From the IMG/VR virus record IMGVR_UViG_3300037761_000250, positions 1 to 64,000 of that record: DNA of 64,000 bases, one strand, 5' to 3'. This document shows, one piece after another, positions 54,551 through 62,749 of this stretch; position 1 is the stretch's first letter; each line of letters starts with the position of its first letter. This DNA is from a virus (Duplodnaviria; Caudoviricetes). The notes under the pieces were generated by a model, which saw only the letters and a list, made by a program, of their open reading frames with translations, was not told where the DNA came from and did not search any database. A program made the translations under genes and the position numbers.

Positions 54551-54937
54551 GACGTGTTCGGACAAATGCCACTTTATCTGTTTTGCACTACTTGCGGATG
54601 ATTGTACCATTCTCGTCATAGAAGACGATTTGTCCGTTTGCATCCCGGAATGAGATGAATTGACCGGAAAGTGCCATACCGGTGTTATGGCGCACGTTTG
54701 TGCGCAAAACACCAGAATCGGGGGAAATGTCCGGGTTTGCTTCGGCTTGACGCAGTACATCCCAATATGTGTACTTTGCCTTGATACCCGGGGGTTTGTT
54801 CACCTTGATGCGCTTTGGGCGCCTTTGTCCGTTTTTGTGAACCATTCCGTGGTAATTGGGCATAATACCCTCCATGTCTGGGAAAATCGGAATTGTCCAG
54901 ATTTTTACAGACAAAGTGGCATATGACCGAACACGTC
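54551..54937. repeat. Inverted-repeat pair enclosing gene 54588-54863 (right array cassette 5)
   Basis: gacgtgttcggacaaatgccactttatctg (54551-54580) vs cagacaaagtggcatatgaccgaacacgtc (54908-54937); 27/30. Confidence 0.9.
54588..54863 (-). CDS. Hypothetical basic protein
   Basis: GGAGG RBS before ATG 54863. Confidence 0.65.
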   Translation of the reverse strand: MPNYHGMVHKNGQRRPKRIKVNKPPGIKAKYTYWDVLRQAEANPDISPDSGVLRTNVRHNTGMALSGQFISFRDANGQIVFYDENGTIIRK

Positions 54938-55410
54938 ACAAAGTGCTACGCAATGTGTATGTATGCGCTGTTTAGTTGGCAATGTACCGAAATGTCCGAA
55001 TTTCTCCGGCTGCCTACGGTATGTCCGTAGCGTCCCGTTTTCGGGCACTTTAGGCGAAATACGGACTATGTCCGTACATCACCTGAAATGTCCGTTATGC
55101 CAGGGGATCGTACCCTATGCCTGAAACGAACCTTTCGTACGCCCTTACGAGCTTTTGGGCGTATTCGTGGGAGATGTCACCTTGGTAGTGGTCTGCTATG
55201 GATTGTGCCACTTCCAGGTGGTATTCCTGCATTTCGGTGGAGTAGTCCTGTTTTGTCATGGTGTGTACTCCTATGTCCTGCTATGTCCGTTTCGCCCCTG
55301 TCTGGGCGCTTTCGTCCATTGTAGCATGTGGGAACGCTCCCAGTATGTTGATCTTGGAGTAATTTCGCTATTTGCCAAAAGAGACCAATCTGGACATTTG
55401 ATGATAGATC

Positions 55411-55500
55411 ATGTTAAATGATGTTAAATGATGTTAAATTATTATTTGTTATAATATATTGTGATATAATATGATATATAGCTATATTATTGATTTGTCC
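55411..55500. promoter_or_regulatory. AT-rich divergent control region with 3 x 10-bp tandem repeat
   Basis: atgttaaatg atgttaaatg atgttaaatt (55411-55440) followed by TATAAT hexamers, between divergent arms. Confidence 0.55.
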
Positions 55501-55659
55501 AATTTGTTGTAATTGCACGCCAACCCCCACAAACTGCAAGGTAAATATTGACTGTCCACATTGGACTCAAGGTCTACATTGACCGTCCAGGAGCTGGGCG
55601 AGCTGGCTGATGTCGCCCAGCTATAGACAAGACAGGACATAAGGTGTACCGTACAGCTC

Positions 55660-55956
55660 ATGAAAACTGTTGACCTAGATAAGGCTCTTCAAGAAATAGA
55701 TCCTAAAGATGGAGAAACGGTTTTAAGACCAGCCGTTATTTCTGGTTTTGTATTTGCAGCAGGGTATGTCCTAATATCATTTGGTCTTGATTTATCATCG
55801 GATCAGTTAAATGCAATTGCAACTTTTGCATTGTTTCTAGTTCCGATCGGTGCTGGTCTCTGGGCGCGTAAGAAGGCATGGTCGCAAAAGAGTGTTGCCA
55901 TGGTGGTCGAAAAGTTTAATCCGGAAGTGTCTACAGAAATGTCCACAAACGATTAG
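55660..55956 (+). CDS. Holin-like membrane protein
   Basis: Two TM helices, basic RKK after second; resembles actinophage holins. Confidence 0.5.
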   Translation: MKTVDLDKALQEIDPKDGETVLRPAVISGFVFAAGYVLISFGLDLSSDQLNAIATFALFLVPIGAGLWARKKAWSQKSVAMVVEKFNPEVSTEMSTND

Positions 55957-55970
55957 GAAGACAATAAACA

Positions 55971-56213
55971 ATGAACTTGGAAAGATTCAGAGGACGACAC
56001 AATTCTACTTTGCAGCTACTACAATGGTTTCAGTTTGAACATTTACCTGGATACTTGCAGGAAATTTCTAAAGAATCGGCGGGGTTAGCCGAGCGGATGG
56101 CCGATGCCTTGTCCGATGGTCCGGAGTTGTCGGCCGGACTGCGCAAATTGTTGGAGGCAAAAGACTGTTTCGTTAGGGCAGCGCTTTCCGAGGTAGGTCG
56201 CAGTGGACGATGA
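55971..56213 (+). CDS. Conserved phage hypothetical protein
   Basis: F...HLP..LQ.IS...GPE...GLRKLLEAKDCFVRA. Confidence 0.7.
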   Translation: MNLERFRGRHNSTLQLLQWFQFEHLPGYLQEISKESAGLAERMADALSDGPELSAGLRKLLEAKDCFVRAALSEVGRSGR

Positions 56214-56505
56214 TACTTCCGTTGCTCGTGATCGGTACTATAGAGCATTGCACGCTATGCAAAGTGGCGTTGCTGCTAAAATGGACATTGATCCTGCGGA
56301 TGAGGTAACACCTAAACACCTTCGAGTGGGTATAAATTCGTCCCTGGTCAACTCTAGTTCATTGGCATCGTTATTAATTTCCAAGGGAATTATTACTGAG
56401 TTGGAGTACATAACTGCGGTTGCTGATGGAATGGAAGACGAGAAAAAAGCATATGAAGAATACTTGCGTGAAGCAACTGGAAACGATAGGATATCACTTC
56501 TATGA
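56203..56505 (+). CDS. Conserved actinophage hypothetical protein
   Basis: HAMQSGVA...PKHLRVGINS motif. Confidence 0.7.
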   Translation: MDDDTSVARDRYYRALHAMQSGVAAKMDIDPADEVTPKHLRVGINSSLVNSSSLASLLISKGIITELEYITAVADGMEDEKKAYEEYLREATGNDRISLL

Positions 56506-56741
56506 ATAAAAACGAAAATTGGAATGGGAACGAAGGATTTTACGAAGAAGATGAACCTGTTCAGGACGTTATTGACGCATATAAGAAAGATGTAACTGGC
56601 GCATATAATTATCAAACTTATCGATGCGAACATTTTAGCGTTGGCGTACCTGCCGGTGGCCCGCCTTGGTGCTATATGTGTAATGGTGAAATGAAGAATT
56701 ATCAGGTTACCACCAGTACAAGTACGGGTGTCAAACTATGA
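56502..56741 (+). CDS. Hypothetical protein
   Basis: ATGA overlap; CEH...CYMC. Confidence 0.55.
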   Translation: MNKNENWNGNEGFYEEDEPVQDVIDAYKKDVTGAYNYQTYRCEHFSVGVPAGGPPWCYMCNGEMKNYQVTTSTSTGVKL

Positions 56742-57427
56742 TAACAATAGGATACATTTACCCAACCGACCGATATGCTGTGGTCAGCCACAACTTCTTC
56801 TATTCCTATTGCCAAGCATTCAGTAATGACAAAGCTGGATTGCTTAGTCAGAATAGCATAGCTGTTAGTTGCCATGGTATTGGAATGGTTGTTGGACGCA
56901 ACAAGTTAGTTGAATATTTCCTGGACAATACCGAAGACGAGTTCTTATGGATTCTCGACACCGATATTGGTTTCCAGGCAAATGCTCCCGGAATGCTTTT
57001 GGATACGATCACGGACACGATTGAAGACCCCGACAAATTAGATGTAGTGGTCGGTGCGTTGTGTTACGGACAAGACAACAACCGATCAGACGGATTTGGT
57101 GGATACATAAGCGAAAAATTTCCGGTCGTTTACGATTTTGTGAGAGACGAGAGTGGCCTGGCCGGATATGCAATTAACAGAGACTGGAACCATGGACAAA
57201 TTGTTCAGGTTGGGGCCACCGGGGCGGGTTGTTTGTTGGTCCCTAGGCAAGTTCTGCTTGCCGTGGAAAAGGAATATGGACGATCTTGGTTTAACCAGGT
57301 AAAGTATTCCAACGGTGAGGTAGTTAGTGAAGATTTGAGTTTTTGTTACCGACTGAGTACGCTAGGCATTCGGATTTTTGTAAACACGAACATTCGAACC
57401 AGTCACCATAAGGCGGTTTGGATATGA
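56738..57427 (+). CDS. GT-A fold (family 2-like) glycosyltransferase
   Basis: GRN.LV..FL, LDTDIGF, GATGAGCLLV, SEDLSFC. Confidence 0.8.
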   Translation: MITIGYIYPTDRYAVVSHNFFYSYCQAFSNDKAGLLSQNSIAVSCHGIGMVVGRNKLVEYFLDNTEDEFLWILDTDIGFQANAPGMLLDTITDTIEDPDKLDVVVGALCYGQDNNRSDGFGGYISEKFPVVYDFVRDESGLAGYAINRDWNHGQIVQVGATGAGCLLVPRQVLLAVEKEYGRSWFNQVKYSNGEVVSEDLSFCYRLSTLGIRIFVNTNIRTSHHKAVWI

Positions 57428-57603
57428 CCGATGATTTCCAAACACCCATGTTACGACCGTCAATTAACATTAGGGTAGAGTACCGTCAGCTAGGTGCCGG
57501 TCCTGAGTCAATTGAGGTGCAGTGGGATGAAGGAACCATTGTTCCATCGGCGGAAGATATTTGTAAGATAATTGACAAACTTATCAGTTTAGTAGAGAAG
57601 TAG
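57424..57603 (+). CDS. Hypothetical protein
   Basis: ATGA overlap with glycosyltransferase. Confidence 0.5.
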   Translation: MTDDFQTPMLRPSINIRVEYRQLGAGPESIEVQWDEGTIVPSAEDICKIIDKLISLVEK

Positions 57604-57617
57604 AATGATTAGATAAA

Positions 57618-59153
57618 ATGGCTATTGACATAGATCATAACGAGTATGAGGATGATGCTGTCTATGATGTAGAAATAGATGTCAATGACCAGGAACAGGA
57701 GCCTCCTAAAACTAGGGTTGATAAAAACAAGTATTTCGACATGGTTAACTACCAGCCACATGGTCGACAGTGGCTTTTTCATCGAAGTAAGGCAAGGTTC
57801 AAGGTAGTCGTAGCCGGCAGGCGAGCTGGAAAATCCTTAATGACTGCCAAGGACATTGAACCAATGCTAATGGTTCCAAATAAACGTGTCTGGCTAGTCG
57901 GAAACACGTATGATTTAGCTGAAAAAGAATTCCGGGTGATCTGGGATGACATGATTATCCGGCTAGGATTTGGGCAGGACAAGCGGGTAATTAAGGCTTA
58001 CAACCGTAAACAAGGAAATATGTTCATCAAGTTTCCTTGGAATACAATCATTGAATGTCGGTCGGCCGAACGTAAGGAAACCTTGGTTGGTGACTCGCTA
58101 GACTTAGTGGTACTGTGCGAGGCAGCCAAGCACCTCCGCGAGACCTGGGAGCGGTTTCTTAGGCCGGCGCTGTCGGACCGGCGTGGTAGTGCCATTTTTA
58201 GTACAACTCCAGAAGGACAAAACTGGGTTTACGAATTATGGCAGCATGGCCAGAACCCTCGTCCAGAATATGTAGATTATCAGAGCTGGTCGTATCCGAG
58301 TTGGGAAAATGATGTTATCTATCCTGGGGGATATGATGATCCGGAAATTCAGCTCATGCGACTTACCATGTCTTCGGACGAATTTGACCAGGAAATTGGC
58401 GCTAGCTTCACTAGTTTTAGTGGTAAGATCTATGCCGAGTTCGATGAGAATGTTCATGTCAAGGAACATATTTTCAACCCGGCGTGGAGAAATTATGTTT
58501 GTATGGACTTTGGATTCAATAACCCATTCGCAGCGGTTGAATTTCAGGTAGACCCGCAGGACAGAATATACGTATGGCGAGAATACTACAAGTCCGGAAT
58601 GCGCTTGGAAGACCACCTGGATTTTATGAGATCAAGGAAACAGCCAGATGGTTACCGAGTTGATATGTGCTTTGGTGATGCGGCTGACCCGGAAGCTATC
58701 GAAACCATAAATGTAAAGTTTGGTCCCTGCGTCGGCGACCCGTTGTCTAAGGTTAACTGGCGAGAGGGTATTGAGCAGGTCAAGTTTTTCTTAAAAGTTC
58801 AAGGTGAAGGCGATGACGGCCAGCCTTGGTTGATTTTAGACCATAGTTGTAAAAATGGCATTCGAGAGTTTAACAACTACAAGGCTCCAGACACTGGTCG
58901 AGTTGAACGTAACCCACGAGAAGATGCCAAGAAGCATGATGACCACTTCTTAGACGCACTAAGATATGGAATTATGCATGTGTTCAAGCTAGGATATCGA
59001 GTTCGGTTCAGTGATGTCATGTCAGTAGATGAATTACGAAGAACTGTTAGTCCACAAGACGGCGGAGGATACGTAAACCTGGCCGATGTTAAAGGGTATC
59101 CGGCGTTGGAGAATGCTGGTTTCGTAACTTTAGACGATCGAAGGCGGTTTTGA
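57618..59153 (+). CDS. terL: Terminase large subunit (intein-free)
   Basis: GRRAGKS, VLCEA, STTPEG, MDFG, DHFLDA. Confidence 0.95.
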   Translation: MAIDIDHNEYEDDAVYDVEIDVNDQEQEPPKTRVDKNKYFDMVNYQPHGRQWLFHRSKARFKVVVAGRRAGKSLMTAKDIEPMLMVPNKRVWLVGNTYDLAEKEFRVIWDDMIIRLGFGQDKRVIKAYNRKQGNMFIKFPWNTIIECRSAERKETLVGDSLDLVVLCEAAKHLRETWERFLRPALSDRRGSAIFSTTPEGQNWVYELWQHGQNPRPEYVDYQSWSYPSWENDVIYPGGYDDPEIQLMRLTMSSDEFDQEIGASFTSFSGKIYAEFDENVHVKEHIFNPAWRNYVCMDFGFNNPFAAVEFQVDPQDRIYVWREYYKSGMRLEDHLDFMRSRKQPDGYRVDMCFGDAADPEAIETINVKFGPCVGDPLSKVNWREGIEQVKFFLKVQGEGDDGQPWLILDHSCKNGIREFNNYKAPDTGRVERNPREDAKKHDDHFLDALRYGIMHVFKLGYRVRFSDVMSVDELRRTVSPQDGGGYVNLADVKGYPALENAGFVTLDDRRRF

Positions 59154-59181
59154 GTATTGTTCTTTGTAACAGGGGGCAGGT

Positions 59182-60693
59182 ATGTCGGAAGGTATGTCGG
59201 AAGGTATGAATGAAAAAGTTACTACTCAACAGGCAGTAGAAATACTTGAGGAGCAAAATCGTCTAGGCGAAATGACGCTTCGAGAGGCACTGCACGAGTA
59301 TGACATTGTTGATATACATTATGAGCCAGGCGGAGGTTCCCACGTAGTTTTATCGGAACGAGAATCGACCATTGATCGAGGTACTGGTTTTCGAGAAATG
59401 GGATTTGTCGATCCTAGTCCGTTCACTGCCTGGACTCGTCTTGAGCATGTGTCGGAACTTAGAGAACGACGTGGTATTCGAACTTATTACGACATGGCAA
59501 GGTCCGATGGTACCATTCGGGCCGCGCTTAGAATTCTTAAAACGCCTATTCAAGGTGCGGATTGGTACATTGAATCAGCTTCGGATTCGGTTATTGATAG
59601 AAATATTGCCGATTTTGTGGCCAATAATTTGTTCGAAGAGCTGGATACTACCTGGGAAAGGGTGGTCGAAGATTGTCTTCGAATGCTAGATTATGGCTTT
59701 TTCCCAATGGAGAAAGTTTATAAGATTGATGGTAACCGGATCAAGCTAGAAAGATTAGCACCAATTCACCCGTTGGACGTTCAGTTATGGGAATATGATC
59801 CAAATGGTCGGGTAACTGGGCTAACGATGGAGCCGTTGACTGGTATTGATCGAGATATTCAACCTATCCATATACCGTACAGTAAACTGTTAATGTTTGT
59901 ATTTGAGATGGAGGGAAGCGATCTACGCGGTACTTCGGTATTGAGGTCTGCCTACAAACATTTCTATTACAAGGATATTCTCTACAAGCTGGATGCCATT
60001 CAAAAGGAACGGCATGGAATTGGCGTTCCTTGTATTAAACTTCCGGTGGGATATAGTAAGGAAGACAAGGAAATTGCAAATGAGTTGGGTAGAAACCTTC
60101 GTACCAATGAGCGAGCATTCATTGTTGCTCCGTTAAGTTGGGAGATTGGTTTCGCCAAGATTGAAGGGCAACCAGTAGATTGCATTCCTAGCATTAACCA
60201 CCATGATCAAAAGATTATGCAGAATATTATGGCCACATTTACGGCCAATAAGACCGAAGAAATGACCAAGGAAAGCTTGGATACCTTCTACAAGTCTACT
60301 AGGTACATTGCCAATGGCGGGGTGGCGGCTGTTTTCAATAAGTTCTTGATTAAAGAACTTGTCGATATGAACTTTTTGCGTAAGAGTGGATTTCCCAAAC
60401 TTCGGGTTCGTCGTATGGGCGAGTGGGAAGACACCCGGACCATGACATTTGCTCTGCGTAACTTGGTGGGTGCCAAATTTATTACACCCGATGATCCGAC
60501 CGAGGTGTTTCTGCGTAAGTTGCTTTCTCTGCCAGAGATGGATAAAGCTACTGCTCGGGGTATGGAGGGACCGTTGGCCGATCCTAGTAAAAATGTTGAT
60601 AAACCAGAAGTTGGATTGCCTAAACAACAGCCAAAACCACCGATTCAACCACCGGCTTTGCAAGCTGGCGCTGATCGGTCGGGCGGCGATTGA
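59182..60693 (+). CDS. Portal protein (DUF935/Mu gp29-like)
   Basis: Follows TerL; RML.YGF...EKVY, G.SVLRSAYK....K, ERHGIGVP. Confidence 0.85.
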   Translation: MSEGMSEGMNEKVTTQQAVEILEEQNRLGEMTLREALHEYDIVDIHYEPGGGSHVVLSERESTIDRGTGFREMGFVDPSPFTAWTRLEHVSELRERRGIRTYYDMARSDGTIRAALRILKTPIQGADWYIESASDSVIDRNIADFVANNLFEELDTTWERVVEDCLRMLDYGFFPMEKVYKIDGNRIKLERLAPIHPLDVQLWEYDPNGRVTGLTMEPLTGIDRDIQPIHIPYSKLLMFVFEMEGSDLRGTSVLRSAYKHFYYKDILYKLDAIQKERHGIGVPCIKLPVGYSKEDKEIANELGRNLRTNERAFIVAPLSWEIGFAKIEGQPVDCIPSINHHDQKIMQNIMATFTANKTEEMTKESLDTFYKSTRYIANGGVAAVFNKFLIKELVDMNFLRKSGFPKLRVRRMGEWEDTRTMTFALRNLVGAKFITPDDPTEVFLRKLLSLPEMDKATARGMEGPLADPSKNVDKPEVGLPKQQPKPPIQPPALQAGADRSGGD

Positions 60694-60928
60694 TAAATGG
60701 AAGAATTGGTCCAAGGTGGACTAAATCGGACAAGTCAGACAAAAACCGGAATTATCCTCAACGCCACAGCGTGGGGCATTGCGCGCAAGCAGGACGTATC
60801 GTATGCTCAGCTCAGCACCAGCCCGACCTCGCCTACCCAAAGACAGCGGGCAGGCTTAAGTAGGAAAATTCTAATCTCAAAAGAGTACACGGCAACTAAA
60901 AATCTAGCCGTAAAAGTAGGTATATCGT

Positions 60929-62275
60929 ATGTCCATGTATAGTCCTAGTGGATCAGGCGAAGTGCATGTTGACAAAGTAATTTCAGGCAAGAAAGGAGGT
61001 AGTCGAGTGCCTTATGAGATTAGAATGAATAATGGTCGGCATTGTGTCTACAAAAAGGGCACTGATAAAAACTTAGGTTGTCATGATACGCACGATGGCG
61101 CGCAGCAACAATTAGCTGCTCTATATGCGTCGGAAGGAATGAAAGGAATGGACGAAGGTCACTACAGTTATTTGGTTAGCTTGGACTCCATTAACCTGGA
61201 AGAGGTTAATGGAGTAAGTTCTTGCTGGGTACATGCGCTACCAATTGGTAAGTATAACCACCCAGTTCTCGGTGTACTTGATATTACTGCTCAGCGAGCT
61301 GCAAAATTTGCCGAGAGTGTTAATAACAAGGTCCGAGGTATCGAACCAAGTATCAACTACAACCACAACAATAAGGACGAAGCTGCCGGTTGGACCAAAA
61401 AGGCAGAGGCTCGCTCTGATGGACTTTGGCTCTTTGTTGAATGGGTAGATGATGCTGCCGAGAAGATCAAGAAAAAGAAGTATAAGTATTTCTCGGCCGA
61501 GATTATGGATAAGTGGGTAGATGCGGCCGGCAAGGAATTTTCCGACGTACTGTTCGGAGGCGGGCTGTCCAATCGGCCGTTCATGAAGAACCTGGTTCCG
61601 ATTAACTTGTCTGAGTCCACCATCGAAAATGCTTTCGAATTGGTGTCGACGATTACCGGTACTTCCGTTGATAATTTGAAGGGTGACGGAATGCAACTTA
61701 GCGAAGAAGATCTGAAAAAGATCACGGATAGTGTTATTGCTGGTCTTAAGGGTACCAAGCCGGCAGAGCCCGAGCCTACCAAACTGGAAGATATCGCCGA
61801 GCTTAAAGCACTCGCCGAAGATAACCCGACCGTGAAGGCGCTGTTACATCACTTCGAGACTCAGGGTTCCAACCTTCACGAAACTACTAAAGTACTTCGA
61901 GAAACTCAGGTCCAAGCCAAACTTGCCGAGTTTGATAACTCCAAGTTGACACTTACTCCTTCGGCAAAGGAACTTCTTCGGGAGATTATGACTCACGAAA
62001 AGTTGCCGACCGAACTTAGTGAAAAACTTTGGGGTCTTATGGAGCAGGTTCGGACTTCCCAGAGTTTCCTGGTAGAATTGGGTGAACGGTCTGGTGCTGG
62101 TGTTAGGTATGGATACGGAATGGTCGAAAAGTCGGCCACTCAGGAATTTAGCGAGCGAGTTAATAAGTTGATGGCCGAAGAGAAGGCTTCCTTCCTCGAT
62201 GCGGCCGATAAGGTTGCCCGAGACGACCCAGAACTTTTCAATGCATATCGGGCCGGCGACGGCGCCAAGAAGTAA
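60929..62275 (+). CDS. Prohead protease/scaffold (Mu I-like) with capsid-like N-terminal extension
   Basis: YNH, GLWLFVEW, YKYFSAE, GGGLSNRPF; coiled-coil C-terminal scaffold; second start GTG 61007 with AAAGGAGG. Confidence 0.85.
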   Translation: MSMYSPSGSGEVHVDKVISGKKGGSRVPYEIRMNNGRHCVYKKGTDKNLGCHDTHDGAQQQLAALYASEGMKGMDEGHYSYLVSLDSINLEEVNGVSSCWVHALPIGKYNHPVLGVLDITAQRAAKFAESVNNKVRGIEPSINYNHNNKDEAAGWTKKAEARSDGLWLFVEWVDDAAEKIKKKKYKYFSAEIMDKWVDAAGKEFSDVLFGGGLSNRPFMKNLVPINLSESTIENAFELVSTITGTSVDNLKGDGMQLSEEDLKKITDSVIAGLKGTKPAEPEPTKLEDIAELKALAEDNPTVKALLHHFETQGSNLHETTKVLRETQVQAKLAEFDNSKLTLTPSAKELLREIMTHEKLPTELSEKLWGLMEQVRTSQSFLVELGERSGAGVRYGYGMVEKSATQEFSERVNKLMAEEKASFLDAADKVARDDPELFNAYRAGDGAKK

Positions 62276-62290
62276 TGAAAGGATACTTAA

Positions 62291-62704
62291 ATGGCTAACT
62301 ACGTTCTTGACATTACTCGAATTCCAGAAGCTGCCACTACCAACCCAGATGGTGATACTGGGTCAGTTTCTGCTTTCCGATTTGTTGCTCAAGGTTCCGC
62401 CGATACTGGAGTAGATACCACACCCACTTTGAACGGTCCAGTTATTGGCGTTACCATGGACGAATTGGACCCAGATAAGGTTACTGCTGGTGGTTCAGTA
62501 GCAGTTCGAGTTATGGGAATTGCTCCGGTTCGAGCTGGTACTGGTGGTACAACTGCTGGTACTCGGGTTTCTGCGGGAGCCGATGGTAAAACTGTGGCAG
62601 TTGGTACTGCTGCCACTAACTTCTCGGTTGGTATTGCACTCCAGTCCGGTTCGGTGGGTTCGATTGTTGATGTCCTGCTAACTCCTGGTGTTCTGGCAGT
62701 CTGA
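62291..62704 (+). CDS. Capsid decoration/cement protein (DUF2190-like)
   Basis: Between scaffold and MCP; VRVMGIAPV.AG, G..VSAGADGK.V, GIAL. Confidence 0.75.
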   Translation: MANYVLDITRIPEAATTNPDGDTGSVSAFRFVAQGSADTGVDTTPTLNGPVIGVTMDELDPDKVTAGGSVAVRVMGIAPVRAGTGGTTAGTRVSAGADGKTVAVGTAATNFSVGIALQSGSVGSIVDVLLTPGVLAV

Positions 62705-62749
62705 TAGCAGTCGGTTAATTGAAATGGTTAGTTGAAAGGATAAAATTAC

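Noticed and set aside
645-54937. Retron, DGR, shufflon or integron interpretation of the inverted and direct repeats
   Set aside because: No reverse transcriptase, tyrosine/serine recombinase or transposase was recognised in the window; cassette genes are all co-oriented and junctions are not attC-like palindromes. Such an enzyme could lie outside the window.
60697-60942. 81-aa ORF or riboswitch between portal and protease
   Set aside because: No motif in the ORF and only one modest hairpin (cctaccc/gggcagg); insufficient evidence.
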